A DNA stretch of 64,000 nucleotides, taken from the NCBI GenBank assembly GCA_047967505.1, contig CM106538.1; one strand, given 5' to 3'. The translations under genes and the position numbers were made by a program. The stretch comes from Dipteris shenzhenensis. Taxonomy: Eukaryota. The notes beneath the pieces were generated by a model that made no database searches, was not told the origin of the DNA, and saw only the letters and a program-made list of their open reading frames with translations. Of this stretch, positions 48,331 through 62,900 are shown piece after piece (position 1 is the stretch's first letter; every line of letters begins with the position of its first letter).

Positions 48331-51300
48331 TTTTTTTTTTTTCAAAAAAGAGACTTCTATTAAGTAAGAAAGAAACCCGCTAGAGCAAGCTCTGTGCGGA
48401 AATACACCATGCTAAGCATGTAATAAAAAACACCTCAGAGGAATGAGGTAGAAAGAAACCAAGGCTGAGGCTGAAAATGCCATCTCAACCCTGTAGAAGT
48501 CTCAGCAAAGAAGGGAGAGTCTCTCCAATCTCTGAGAAAAGTAACTCTACAGGAGGAGGCTGCTCGAGATGATCCCTGCATGGTCGCCCAAATGGCCATC
48601 AGAGTGTGTATCGTATCTGTCCAAGTACTGGCCAAGGTCTGAGAAGGGTGAACCTGAGAACCCTCCAAAGCCTCACTGCATCTGGCTCTCTAAATGTGCC
48701 ATGCTGCAATGATAGCTAGGATCTCCCATGGAGAGTCGACCGAGGAGTGAGCAGCCCTGAAAAGAGTGGCCGGAACATCCTCTAGAGAGTACGACTCCAC
48801 AAGGTGTCGTCGGATGTGAAGAGCCCAAGAGGAATCAAGTCTCTCAAAAAATACCTGGGGCCCTGAAAGAGTAAGCCAAGCCACTGATCCCCAGGTCATA
48901 TAGAAAGGTAGGCGAACAAAAGTGCTGAAAAGTCTTGCAATCCCCTTCCATATGATTCTCGCCTGTCTGCAATCCCAAAGGCAGTGCTGTATTGTCTCCA
49001 AAGCAGAAAGGAAGTGAGGGCAAGAAGGGTCAGCTCCGAACTTGGACCTCCAATGGTTCACTACTATCCCACCATGAATAGAAAGCCAAAAGAAGAGAGT
49101 GATTTTTCTATTCCGGTGGGATTTCCAGAGTCTCTGCCAAAAAAATTTCTGCAAGTCAGCAGGAATCTGAAAGTTCTCCCAATGATGAGCTCTGGTGGGC
49201 CTCCAACCCCTACAGCTGACCTGGAATTTCCTGGCATTACTGACGAAAGAAGGGGATGCCCTTCTCTCGGTGCCCTTCATCTATCCATTCCCATTTCCCA
49301 GGGTCCCACTGCAAAAACTTAATTGGGACACCTCCATAGAGCCACAGCCTCCATGAGCCAAGGGCGAGGAGAAGCGGGTCAGGATCCAAGTACCACTGTG
49401 AAAGAGAGCCATGCTCCATGAAGCCCACTATCCTGACTAGCTGAAACGGTACCTCCAACAAGATATCGTCTATGGATCTAGACAGCTTGCGCCCCGAAGA
49501 AACATCAAATACTAAGGCATCCTCATGTGGGTCAAGAAAAGCAATCACCTGTAAAGGAACTCCCAATCTGGAAAATGCCCCCATCCAGGTGGAGCAAGTA
49601 ATAGGCATGTCATATGTGTCCACCTAATCCAAGGGCAAGGCTGCATCAATCTGTTGGACTCTCCCTGCACTCCCTCTGAGATTAAGAACCATCTGGGCCT
49701 GTTGGTCTGCAGGAAGCTTCTTGAAGGCTTTCCATGCTCCCACTGTAGATGCAGGGCCCCTCTCCCATCTTGGCCACTGCATGTAAGGAGAAGCTCCAAG
49801 TGGTCTGCCAAGCTCTGGAGGAATCTTGCAAAGAGTACTCCTGAAGCTGGCCCATGCTTTCAGGATAGCAACCATAAGAGGGGAAGAGGGAGACCTGAGG
49901 TCGGCTGTGGTGAAAACCCATGTAGTACTGTGTCCAATCCTCTCCTGAAGTGGGCGTGCGAGACTGTATGCATCTGATAAAAAAATCCTTTCAAGGCTCT
50001 TGCCCTGGCATAAGCCCTCTCACAACGAACTTGCAGAGTAAAGCTCTGCATTGTAGATCTGGGTCGATGATATTCAAACCCCCTTCTCTTGTAGGAAGAA
50101 TCAAGGTCTCCCAAGCTACCCTGGCTGTAACATCAGTTGTGCCATCTAGACCACTCCATAAAAAGTTTCGTACAGGCCTCTTAAGCTGAGTGATACAATC
50201 CCTAGAGTGGCACCAACAAGAGCATACAAACCATGCTATGGCTAGAAGAACCTAGTTAACCACCACCCCCCTGGAGGCCAAGTCAAGTTTGGCTGAGCTC
50301 CAGAAAAGGAGCTTTCTTCTGATGCTTTCCAACACCGGAGCAAACTGTTGTGAAGGAGAGATGCCCACCCCAACCTGGCAGCCCAAATATTTGAAGGAGA
50401 CGCCCCTCTATACCCAAGTGAAGCCAATATCATTACCCCAATCCGGGGTGTCATCCTCGCAAATCCAAAAACCACTGGATTTATGCCAATTAATGTGTGC
50501 ACCTGCAGCCGTGCAAAACAAATCCAAGGCTGTCTGGAAGGAAGTGAGTGTCATGAGGGAGGCATCCAAAAAAACAGCCGACTATCCAGGAGCTCTTCTT
50601 CCCGGCGGATAGGAAGCCTCATCCCATAAATATCAGCTTGAGATCTAATGTAGATACTCAAAGCTTCCACCACAAACAGAAAAAGAAACGGGGCAAGAGG
50701 ACATCCCTGGCGGACGGATCTGGAAATCTGAAACCTGTCCCCTCTTACCTCCCCAATGAGCAAGTGGCTATGGGCTTATCTGTATAGAGAGGATACTCCT
50801 CTAATCCATGCATCTGAAAATCCAAAGCGAGATAGAGTACCCTCTAAAAAATCCCAGTCTAATCTGTCGTAAGCTTTCTCATAGTCCAAGAGTAGAATGG
50901 CCAATCTCTAGCGGCTCTGCATGGCCCATTCTGAGGCCTCCCAAAATGAGAAAATATTATAAAAAATACTTCTGCCATGCACAAACCCTGTCTGTGTGTC
51001 ATGAATCAAATCTGGAAGAAAAACCTGTAGCCGTAGACTAATGGATTTCGCCAGAATCTTGTAAAAAGTGCCCAATAGAGTGAGACCATCTGTAAGTGAG
51101 TCCGGCATCTCACCAGAGTCCCACACGCCGTGCAGGGCTGATGTAATGTGATCACCAATCTGCTCCCAAAAAGTAATAAAAAAGGAGGCGGTAAGTCCAT
51201 CTGAACCTGGGCACTTGCCCTTGTGAAGGGCAAGTAATGCAGTCTTGAATTCTGCATTGGTGAAAGGTGCATCCAAAGAAACATACATCTCATCCTTCAC

Positions 51301-54290
51301 CAATACAGGGATACACTGCCAAATAACCTATCTGGCATCATCAATGGCCTGTGTGCCTGGATCTGCAGTAGAAGGGATGCCAAAAATTCTGAAGCTACAC
51401 GTGTGACAGCATCAGGATCTGACTGTAAACACGCTGTCTGAGTCAACAAGCTGCGAAAACTATCTCTACTATGTCTGGGCCCATGAGTAGAGAAAAAGTG
51501 TTTGTTGACCCTGCCACCCATGTGAATCCAAAAGGATTCCCGTGCATGAAAGGCATATTCTGCTCTCTGATCCAACAATGTCTGCAAATGAGCCCTTGCT
51601 GCAGCAAGGTGCTCCTGAATTGAAGCATCTGTGGGCCTCTTCTGCTCTTCCCTGTGAAGGGACGCTAACTGCTGGCTTATACCAATCTCACATGTGAGAA
51701 TCTCACGTCTCCTAGAATCAGCGACTGTATGATAATAGTCACTAATTGCGGATAAGGCTGTAGCTACTTGAGATGGGTGGACAGCTCCACCCTGTATGTG
51801 AGAAACCCAAATCTGTAAAATATCCTCCGTGAGGCTCTCCTCTGTATAAAAACCATCCGGAATCTTGACATTGGCAGAGCGTCCTCACCGATGAGGCTCA
51901 AGAATCTGCAACACCACTGGAAAATGATCTGAGGTGGAAACCCCAGTAGAAATGCATACAGATCCTCCTCTGTCAAGCGCCCAATTGTCTACATAAAATC
52001 TGTCAATCCGTGCATGAATGGGCATGTGTATTCTCCTGTTCGACCATGAGTACAGGAGTGACTGTGGCATAATATGAAAGGCATCATCCAACCAAGTTTC
52101 CTTGCCACTGAATTGAAAGAGGAAGGCATCCTAGGCTGCCCTCTCCAAAGAATTAATTCCACCCTGTCTGCCTCACTTTTTGTCTGAAGGCAACTCTACC
52201 ATGTTGAAGTCGCCACCAATGATCCATGAATCTGCAAGGGGGGCCCAAGAGAGTAACTCCTTCCAAAAGGAGATCTGCTCCCCTTTGTTGTTGGGAGCAT
52301 AAAGATTGAGAAGACCAATCTTACGCCCTCCAATCAAAATAATGATCCATTGAGCTCTAGAAGGGGAGATAATACCATGACCAGCAGCCAAGGCGAGAAT
52401 AGAAAGAGAGACCGAAATGCAAGTATCTCCCCTTGTGCCCATGGCAGGCGACCAGAAGGTATGTCCTGAAAGCAGTTTGTCAGAAGGAATCCCAATGACC
52501 GGGATCCCTAAGGAGGAGGGCACAAACTCCTCATCATCCATGCAAGTCGCCGAATCTGCCAGTGCCGAAAAAGAATTCCTGATAAGCAAGTCTGGCCGAG
52601 GAGTGCGAAGAAGACCTGCACTCATGGAAGATGGAGGAGAAGGACCTGCCAGGCCTCTATCAACAGAACTGGAGCTGGGGGTTGAGGAGGCCTGTGGCTG
52701 GGGTGAAGAGGAATCAGGAGCCCTCATCTGCGCCTGCACTTTCTCGGTTGTCTTGACTATGGCAAGAACACTCTGCGGGGAAGAAGTACCTGTAGCCCCC
52801 TCGTGGCCAGAAACCAAAGTGACTGGGGCTGGTGGATCTAAAGGCCCCTCCTGATGTAGAATTGTAGTGTCTGGGGCTGGAGCAACATCCACCTTTGGAG
52901 TCTGGAAGGCGTCTGTCTGAACAGGATCAAAAGTATCCTCCTGAGGTAAGGGAGCCGCTCTGATAGCTCTCCATCGTGGTACTAGGTGTGCTGCGGGCAT
53001 TGGGCGCCCTGCTGCCCCTGGTGGGTCCTGGGGTGCGCGAAGCAGGGCACCCTATTGCTCTTGGTGGTCCTGGAGTGCGTGGTACAAGGTGCTGGGGAGG
53101 TGCAGTCGTGGTAGCACGTGGAGGAGCCACACCAGAAGACCTCTTGGGTCTTTTTCTCTTCCTTGGGCAGTCTCTAGCAAAGTGCCCAAGGGTCCTGCAA
53201 ATCCTGCACTGGTCCTGTCTACCTGAAATCTCGACTCTCTGTCGAAAGAGAGAGCAGTTTGGACGCTGAAGCATAATGTGGTCATCTGAGATGTTAGGGT
53301 CAGAGACAATGACCCTAACACGAGGCACCCTGTCTGCACTGACTGCCTCTGCTGAGGAAGAAGGCACGCCAGGAAGGGAGGGGATCTCAGTGACCACTCC
53401 AAATGTGGCTTCGATAGTGGCAAGCAGTTGATGGTAGGCCTGAGGAAGACCAGGAAATCTAATGAACAGTGATGTGACCTGCTTGTCCTCCTCGACGGGA
53501 TCGAAGCCCAAGGTGTAGGGTAAAAGAAAGATTCTCCTCAAACCCAAAGCCAAGGGATTAGCTTTGAGAACAAGGGCTGTGGACTCGTGGGAGTCGAAAA
53601 CCACTTGGAAGAGTCCACGTCCCAAAAGTTGAATATCCCTAAGGTGTGGGGCGAGGTCTCCTGGTAACGCCGCCAGCATCCAGTCTCTAGCTTGTGATTT
53701 GGAAGGGTGTGACCCAAAGATCTGGGCGAAAAGTGATGTGGAGCCCTCTAGTTCCACATCTTTCTTGAGCTGCTACAACTTGTCTTTTGAAAAAATGACG
53801 GTTCTCGCGGCCGGTGGAGGTGGACGAAGATTGGCTGAATGGGGATCCATTCGCCAATCGATGTGAAAAGGCCGATTCCAACACTGAAAAAGCTCCGTCC
53901 GTGAAACTACTGCCCAGGACGCCCTGAATGCGGGCGCAAGAAGAAGGAGAAAGAGAGGGTAGGAGATAGGGGAAGGGAAGGAGAGGATAGACTAAAGGGG
54001 GAGACGGAGGTAGGCTGAGGGGGAGGCATGGGGAGCTGAGTTAGGAAGGAAGGGGGCGGGGAAGGGAGGAGGTTTTTTTTTTAAATAATAATAAATAAAT
54101 TTTTTATTTTTATTTTTTTTTTGGGCGGGGGGGTGGGTCTCCTTGGGGGGGAGAGCAGCGGGGGGGGGGAGAGGGAGGGGGAGGGAGGGGAGCGGGGGGG
54201 CTGGCGGAGGAGAAGGGGGCAGCGGGGAGGGAGGAGGGGGAGAGTAGCGGGGGGGGAGAGGGAGGGCAAGGGAGGGGGGCGGGGGGCCAG
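48331..54290 (-). mobile_element. Near full-length L1 LINE (decayed)
   Basis: Poly(A) appears as a T-run at 48331. ORF1 52927-53757 has a DUF4283-like region and CRICRTLGHFARDC. EN LNLYAPN, WIIGGDFN, ARIDRFY, SDHFP. RT KCPGSDG, QTGFVHGRSI, VRQGCPLAPFLF. zf-RVT ETIQHCLWDC. CT-rich 5' leader. Confidence 0.93.
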
Positions 54291-54294
54291 GAGA

Positions 54295-55040
54295 TGTGCC
54301 AGGACCGCACCTCTGAGTGGCCGACAACACTCTATTGCTGACTTCATGCCTCCACTGCCTCATCCATCCTAATATCTTGCTATTGCCGATGACGATGCTA
54401 AGATTGATATACAGTCGACCATCGACATGACTATGTTGTACTTAGGACTTAGTACTGCCATTCTGCATTTTTGCATTTTGCATTGGTATGGATGCTTGTT
54501 TAGTAGCTCCACTACCACAGCTTGTTGTATCAGGATTTTCATAGTCTCATAGACCCATCGGTCTTCCGAAGACTTTAATAAACTTTCTTTCTCTCTTTAT
54601 AAATGTGATGAGATCAAGTTGGAGGAGCAGTTTGCTTTCAGGTGCTTTGTGTACTATGAGATTCAAGATTGTCATTACCATCTCTTCACAGATGGTTTCT
54701 GACCCCTCTCTAGCTTCCTTTCTTACCCAAATCAGAGATACCGCGCTGCCTTCAGCCATGAGATCATAGCGCACATAGATCACTTGCTCAGGAAACATAG
54801 ACAGGGTCGAGGCCCTCAGCCAAACTCTACTTAGAGCTTTGGCACTAACTTTTTGCAGCCAGATCATATGGTAGTCGTTGACGCCGAGATTTCTACAGCC
54901 AACAACACGATAGACTCAACAACGGATTGACGCACTGATCATACTTGGGGATGTTCTCTTATCTTTACTAGACTGGGGCCATGACCGATGGGGGTTGCGA
55001 TGGCTCTTGTCAGACACAAAGCCGCACAGAGACCATAGCT
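54295..55040 (+). mobile_element. RTEX-like 3' end (54295-54598) followed by another ORF2 C-terminal fragment
   Basis: RTAPLSGRQHSIADFMPP, then hairpin, AATAAA and TTTC tail. After it, EEQFAFRCFVYYEIQ (CCHC remnant). Confidence 0.8.
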
Positions 55041-57002
55041 TACCGCACACGTGAAGGGTGAATGTAAAATTCTTCTGGAGCCAAGCGACAAGGGGTTAGC
55101 CTTGAGCATAGTGCTCATGGCCTCAAGAGAATTGAAAGCCATCTGGCACAAGCCACGTCCCAATAATCAAACATCGGAAAGACGGGGTGCGAGGTCTTTA
55201 TGTACGGCCGCAAACATCCAGTCCTTGGCCTTGAAAAAGCGTGGTGGAGCTTTCAAGATCTACATCCTTTCTGAGCTGCTACAACTCCATCTTTTTAAAA
55301 ATAACAGTTTTGGCGGCTAGTGGAAGCGGTTGAGGATTGACTGTATTGGGATCCAGGTGGAAGGCTGACTCAAGCACTAATGAATCTCCATCCATCAAGG
55401 CCAAGGCTGAAAAGAGCAGGGTGAGATGAGACAGGTAGAGAAGGGGCTGAGGGAAGGATGAGGGAGCTTGAGGGTAGGTATGAGAGGGGAGAGAGGAGTT
55501 TGGGGGGGCTGAGAAGTGAGGGGGAAAGGCCTTTTACCGAATAGGAAAAGGGAGGTGAGAGGTGGGGGCAGAGGCAGGGGTAGCTGGGAGGGGGCAGCAG
55601 GGGGAGGGGAGACGGGGAGGAGCAGTAGCTTCGTTGCTTGTGTGGCCAAGTTTGGTGATTTCAAGAAAGCCTTTGATACAATATCTCACAAAAATTATGG
55701 TATAGGATAGAAGAGTTGCAAATACCTCAAGAACCGAGAGATGCCCCCAGTGGCAAAGCCATTGGTGATGTATGCTTGTTTTAATAAAAAACACCATATG
55801 CAATCTTGCCTTCTTTGCAGCTAGATGGTCCATGGTATGAACTCCTTTCACCTTTCTTGGGCTCTTAGGGCATTCATATAATGTCAGTCCTTATCTCTCC
55901 TACCCTAAATTTCACCCAGCTCGCTCTATTCTAATGAGTTCATCCTGCCTCATTAACCTTTAAGGCTAGCATTTTGATTGATAGAGATGTCTGTGCAGCT
56001 CGTACCCCAGCAATGGGGAACCAGATTGCAAGGCGGTGTCTAGGGACAATAACATCCACTCCTATCAATCTCAGTCGCTTGAAATAAGTGCTCTTGTAGC
56101 ATCAAATTGTCTACTTAATTGCCTATGGGGCTCTCCATAGCTCGTGCTGAAGAATCAAGGGCTGAGGCTATTGTGCGTATGTCGTGGATTCCATGTATGT
56201 TCCAGCTTGCTACTGTTTAAGCCATGATGAGATTGGGAGGTCATTGAACAAGTCCCTCCTAGAGTTGGAGGCTTGTGAGGAATGCTATGATCTTTTGGAT
56301 TTTTTGGGGGCAAGGCGAGTAGTCCCACATTGAAGATGTCTTCCACAATGTTGCAAAGTATAATCAAAACTTGTATAATATTGATACAAGATTAATGTAA
56401 GTTTCCTTGATGTAGACAGTAAATGGGTGATAAATAGGGTGCTTACTTATTTGCTGCATTGGCACTACTTTGTGTGTTCTGATGGGAATTGGATGCACAG
56501 CCCATTCAGTAGTGACCTGTAAGATGAGCTTATTGAGTATTAATTTATGTAGGTTTGGTTGATTCATAGTCAAGGGAAACCCATGAAATGTTTCAAGAAA
56601 AAAGATTACTAGGTGACTCGAAACATTTACTAGGTGACTCGAAACATTTTAATACCCATACATGCATTAAAACGAATTATTAATTACAAAAATTGTATCT
56701 GTTTGGGTAAACTGTCTCAAAAAGTGAAACTTGGAAGTGTTTACAGGGTGAAACATATCTTGAAAATGGCAGCGTGCCAATAGCTTCTTATGACTTTGAT
56801 GATTTTCATTGACTCTTGTATATCCATGCTTGTTTTGTTGTTGATTTGAAGAATATCCTGTATGAGGTTAGCTTTTACATTTAGTGGCTTTTGATAAGCA
56901 CTTAAATCCTTTACAAAAAGATATAAACATTTGCACTATGTTAAACTAATGTGAATTCAGGCTGAATCCTTACAGTGTCTGACTGCTCAAATTAAACTTC
57001 AG

Positions 57003-57239
57003 GCATTGGATCGTATCAAATGTCGAATGTTAGAGGGTGTGGATGGTTCAGATGTAAGAGCTGTTGTGCTTGACATGCAAGCCAGATTATTGCTCGAAAT
57101 GCTGGGTAAGGGAATCGAAGCAGCCCTTATTAATCCAGCAACATTTATCTCTGAGCCGTGGATGGCATCTAGTGAGACATTGACACAACTCGTACACGAT
57201 GCAATGGCTGTTGAACCTGCACTGAGAGAATATATACAG
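57003..57239 (+). CDS. MED16: MED16 exon (237 nt)
   Basis: Acceptor CTTCAG. Reads ALDRIKCRMLEG...VRAVVLDMQARLLLEMLGKGIEAALINP...AMAVEPALREYIQ. Donor GTGAGT. Phase 0. Confidence 0.95.
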
Positions 57240-57889
57240 GTGAGTGTTAATTATCTCCCTGAATAAGGCTTCAGTTGAATTATTTGATCATAGTTTGCCA
57301 TTTTTTTGGTAAAGAAAAAATTCAATTCAGTGCTTGCTAGCTGCTATCCAGTAAGATTTCTACATACCCGATTTTGTGTTCCCCAAGTCCTTTGTTTGTT
57401 TTTGGAAAGGACAACTTCCGTGTTGGAACTGCAGCTATCACAAACAAAACGTGAACTTCAGCAGATAGGTTCCCTAAACTATGTATGATCAGCATGTTCA
57501 ATCACACTCAACATGATCAAAGCTAGAATGAATCCCTCACTATAAAGTTATTGACTACAAAGCCTGGTTCAGAAGATCAATCTTATCTTGAGAGATCACT
57601 TTTTAAAATCCCACACTTGTTTTCCTTACTGCTTCTGTTGTTAAAGGCCAAGCATGAAAATTATAGATAAATCCTCCACTGCCATTGTCAAAGCGTTGAC
57701 TTGTTCTTTAATTCCACCTCACTCCACATTGTCCGCCCCACATTTGGGGATAACACAACAGGTATTTGCCTGGCCGTCACAAGGGGCATCTGTATTATTA
57801 AAAGAGAAGGTTTATGCCTTTTATATCAGGAAAGGTTTTTGTCTTCTGATTTTAAATAATGATGATTTGCCAGATATTTTGAAACACCG

Positions 57890-59175
57890 TGGTGGCGCTC
57901 GAGGTCCAGGCTATCTTAGCTCTCCTGACAGGAGACTGCCAGAGACACAAGGCGTCATTGACATAGCCCATCGGATACAGTGTTCAACGAGACCATATCC
58001 TCCGCCACACACAGCGAGAGATAGCTCGATAGATGCAGTTCCGATATATATTTGAAGCCCACTTGAGAGCCACCACGGTGCCGGGTTTTGGAGTTTGCGT
58101 TTCACTGTTCAGTTTTCAGTTTTGTTCGAGTTTTGTTTTGATCTCTTGAGCAAGGGCCCTAGCGCGCCCTTCGCTTCAGCCCATTGAGGCTTGTATGAGT
58201 TTCCTCTCTTGGTGTACTTTGTCCCATAGGCCCGCGAGGCCTCCCTAGGATGTTAAGCTCTCTCAGGGAGAGCAGCACGTATACCCAGAGAGCAGTGGAC
58301 CTGTGTGCTATGCACACTAGGAGAGATTGAGATAGAGGAGCACTTTCTCTGCACTTGCCGAGCCTACTACGAGATCTGGGAGCGATTCCACTGCCTCTAT
58401 CAGGATGAGAGTGGGTCCGGCCCTCTGTCACGATTGATCCACTTCCATGGCCAGGCCTATATTGGGCTCTATTTGCTTGAGATGCGCCGACACAGGGAGA
58501 CCCTGCTATGATAGATCAGGGAGCAGCAGGAGGTGATCAGACCGTAGGATACAGAGGTTCCCTAGACACAACGGCATGTCGTAGATTTTTATGCATTTGA
58601 GTCAGCTCCAGGACACAGTGGGGTGGAGGATGAGGAGCTAGCTGATATGCAAGCAATATTGATTGCTGAGAGAGGATTGCAGAGGCTAACCGTGACATAG
58701 AGAGCGACCAGAGCACACTTGATTGAGGTCTCACCTATCATAGCTTTCCTCAGAGGAGACCGCCCGAGACGAGGGGTCACTCTGAACATAGCTCAATGGG
58801 TTCAAAGATTGAGGAGACCATGTCCCCTCCGCCACCACCACATGAGACAGCCTGACAGATGCAGATCTGAGACATTTTTGCCGCTCATAGACGAGCCACC
58901 ACAGTGTTGAGTTTCGTATTCTGAGTTCCAGTTCCAAGTCTCATCCTACTTCAAATAGTACATGATGTGATATGATATGATACAACATGTTTTGTACTTG
59001 ATTTGGCTTGAGCTATTGATCTCTTTATTTCAGCATGGTTCTGAGCAAGGGCCTTAACGCGCCCTTTGCTCCAGCCCTTGTGGCTTGTATGAGTTTTTTC
59101 CCATTTTGGTGTATTCTGCACTTTGTCCCATAGGCCTGCGAGGCCTTCTGCGGACGTTAATATATCTCTATTTCC

Positions 59176-59220
<45 letters not shown>
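57890..59220 (+). mobile_element. Two stacked RTEX-like subfamily B 3' ends
   Basis: Tails end at about 58265 and 59220. The second copy carries LCVLCTLGEIEIEEHFLCTCRAYYEI and is homologous to 30860-31535. Confidence 0.85.
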
Positions 59221-59469
59221 GTGCCCCACAAGGGAGATAGAAGATGAGTAGCATGTATTCCTAAGATGCAGAGCTTACACACACATCAGAGAAATGAGGG
59301 CAGCATAAATAACTTCAAAAATCTGCTAGTGCAGCCAGGCAAAAATCTTGGAAGGTACTTGAAAGAGTTTCGTGGAACATCGCAACTACTAGGGCGAGCA
59401 CACAAGCTAGCCCAACAAGTATTCATTCTATAATGAGTTAGTAATGTTTTTTCTCAATGGCTCTTATGG

Positions 59470-59965
59470 ATCTTTGGAAAGACCAAGGTTATGATCTTTA
59501 ACACCTCACACCCAGTGCTTCACCGACATAGCTTCACTTACTGATGTGAGCCAGTGAAGATAGTGCAGTCCTACACATACTTGGGAGTAGTCTTCATGGT
59601 TCCCATCTTCATGATGACTCAGGCAGCCAAGGCATGACTCACATGGGGGCAGAGTGCTTTGGCCCGATTAGAGAGACAGTGCTTCTAGGCACACTTTCTG
59701 AATCCACCAACAAAGGGCTGGCTTTTTGACACTAGTGTGTGGCTGACCACCATATATGCAGCACCCCTTTGGGGGAGTGATCTTCCAATGACAGAGTGGA
59801 GGAGATTTGAGCGGCTACATGTGACTATGGGGTCTAGGATGATTCGGAGTAAGCCCTCAGTACCGCATGAGGTAGTATAGGAGAGTTTACCATGACACCT
59901 CTCTAGGTTGATGCCATCTTTCAAAGAGAGAGATTTATCCACAAAGTTTGGGACTTATCTCAATA
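59470..59965 (+). mobile_element. RTEX-like RT C-terminal fragment
   Basis: KTKVMIFNT, IVQSYTYLGVVF, ALARLERQCF, MIRSKPSVPH. Confidence 0.8.
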
Positions 59966-60499
59966 GATGAAACCAGACCAAAAACCCTAAAACAATTCTG
60001 TATTTAACTTTGAAACCCTAAAACGAATTGGTGATCAGCCTTGAAATGCTAAAACGAATTTGTAATCAGCCTTGAAACCCTAAAAAATGAATCACTCCTG
60101 GTAGAAAAGCAGCCTGGATCTTTGATTCACAGTAGATATTACCCTGATAGATTTCAAATTTCATAGAGTACAAGGGGAAACAACTTTTGATAGCTTCATT
60201 TGATGAGGAACAGCAGAGCAGATTTCTTTTGAGAATCAAAACGAACTGAGAGAGGGAAAGAAAGAACAGAGAACACACACACTAGGGCCCGGAAATAAGG
60301 GTTGGACCCCCTCGAAGGTCTTTATTGCAATAGAATAAACTTTGTACAACTAGCTCATAAAAAAGTATTAGGCTGAGTACAACTCTTGAATGATCTGGGA
60401 GCCCTGAGGCTCTTCTTTTATAGACTTGGGCTAGCAAAAAACTAGACTTGCTTTTAATAGCTACGTTTTACAAAAGTAGACTTTCTTGCTGTCACCAGA

Positions 60500-62900
60500 G
60501 CTGTTAGTGCAGAAAAATCATGGTTCATGGAGAATTTGCATTGACTATCGTGCATTGATTAAGATAAGCATCAAAAACTGATTCCCCATTCCAAGAATAG
60601 ATGATATCTTGGATAGATTAGAGTGATCAGCTGTCTCCATCCGTGTAAATCTTAAGAGTGAGTATCACCAAATATGCATTCGTCCAGAGGATGTGTCCAA
60701 GACAACTTTCAAGACGAGAGCTTTGGGTTGTATGAGTTCTTGGTTATGCCATTTGGGCTTACGCATGCTCCAACCACTTTTAACCGACAATGGCCAGAAT
60801 CTTTTGGGAGCACAGATCTTTTTGGGCACTTTGGTTGATGACATGATAGTGTACTCAAAAGATGAGACAAAGCATAAGCAGCATGTGGCACTAGTATTTG
60901 CAGAACTCACCAAACAAAGGCTGATCATAAATGCCAACAAGAGTGAATTCTTTATGCTTGAGATTCATTTTCTGGGACACATTGTCTCTAAAGATGGAGT
61001 GTGCATGGATCCCGCTAAGATTGAAGCAATTTGCAATTGGCCATAGTTGAAAATTTGGCATGAAGTACGAAGCTTCTTGGGCTTACGCTGGTATTACAAG
61101 CGGCTCACACGTCCCTTTGCTGAAATTGCTTCAACTCTCCATGCAATGCAGAAGAAGGAAGCATCTTTCATATGGGCTGAACATCAAATTGCAGCATTTG
61201 GGATGCTAAATGAAAAGCTTACTTTGGATCCAGTATTGATCCTACAAGATCTCCGAATAGCTTTTGCTGTCCAAGCAGATGCATGTGGAAAGAATGGCCT
61301 TGGAGCAGTCATTATGCAAGAAGGATGGGTAGTGGCTTATGAGAGTAGGATTTTCAGGATGATGAAAGCCATCTAGGCATTTATGAGAAAGAATTGCTGG
61401 CTGTAATGCATGCCCTTGCTACATGGAAGCACTATTTACTTGGGGCTGAATTCACAGTGCAGACATATCATCTTTCTTTGAGATATTTCCTCACTTAGAC
61501 AAAGTTATCTGAAAGCATGCGCTGGGCCAATTTCTTATCCATATTTCACTTTTAAATAGTGCATGTGGAGGGTATGATGCATGGTCGCCTTTGTGTCACA
61601 AAGTAGTTGAGGTCAAAGGTTATGATAGAAAGTATGCTCCACCATATGCACAGAGGCATTGATGCCACGGTGAAGGCAGTGGAGCACTTTTTCTATTGGC
61701 CAGCTTTGAGATGGGATGTGGATGCCTTTGCGAGAACATGCATCATCTGCCATAAGGTCAAGTTTGACCGGCAGAAAACAACCAGATTGTTGCAGCCATT
61801 GCCAATCCCAGATAGACCGTGGAAGAGCATATCCATGGATTTTATATTTGATCTTCCTAGGACACTTACGGGGAATGATGGCCTTTGGACTATTATATGT
61901 TGGTTCAGCAAGCAGGCGCATTTCATCCCGGTGAGTAAGAAAATTACAGCGGATCATATGGCAAGGTTGTTCATGCAAGACATCTTTAAATATCATGGGA
62001 GGCCTCAATCTATTATGAGTGACAAAGATCCACGCATGACGAGTCTGTTTTGGAGAGGGCTCTTTGAGAGTATGGGACTACATTAAAGTTATCATCTTCT
62101 TTTCATCCTCAAACGGATGGGCAGCTAATTCCACTATACTTGACTTGCTGAAATGTTATGTGTCTGAGCATAAGATACAATGGGAGCAGTATTTTCCCTT
62201 AGTGGAGTTTTCTTACAACAATATCGTGCATACTTCCACCGGGAAATCTCTATTTGAAATAGTAGAAAGAGGGAGGAAAGTCCCACCTATCTTGCATACT
62301 AAAGATAAGATTTTTGAGGCTGCTAAGTATGTTGAGAGTATGGATGTGGCATATTAGAAGGTGAAGCAAGCTCTCTACCATCGTGAACTAGTGTTTAAAG
62401 AAGGTCATTGGGTTCTTGAAGAGGCAAGGCTGAAAAAGAAGAGGGGCAAAGGCTGATTGTTCCCCAAGTTGAGTATGTGATACTAGGGGTCTTTTCAAAT
62501 TTCAGAAAAGATAAGCGATGTAGCTTTCAAATTGGAGCTACCAGAGAACTAGAGGATTCACAACGCTTTCCATGTGAGTCTCCTTAAGCCCTTCCAGGGG
62601 GATGTATGCCTTTTGAGATGAACCAGAGGTTGAGGAGCTGGATGAGATCCTAGTTCGAGCAGATTTGGACACATAAGGAAAGGAAGATCAGAGGAGAGTT
62701 TCCCATCGCTACATGGTGAGATTTTGGAATTATTCACCATTGCATGCAAAGTGGCTAGAAGAGGATGATCTTGCAGATAGACCTCAGTTGTTACAGCTCT
62801 ACTTTGAAGCATTTCAGCTTGAGCCAACTTTGGTTGTGGCCCCTTCAAGCTCAGCAGAGCATAGGTCTGGAGCATTACCTAATGCTCAAGAGGGGTAGGT
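60500..62900 (+). mobile_element. Ty3/Gypsy chromovirus pol remnant (RT, RNase H, integrase, chromodomain)
   Basis: FPIPRIDD, YHQICIRPEDV, LVDDMIVYSK, FLGHIVS, VQADACG, YEKELLAV; H..H..C..C zinc finger; PLPIPDRPWKSISMDFI, SDKDPRMTS; chromodomain YMVRFWNYSPLHAKWLEE. The same family as the piece at 21950-22140. 59970-60495 looks like an unrelated or opposite-strand LTR piece. Confidence 0.92.
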
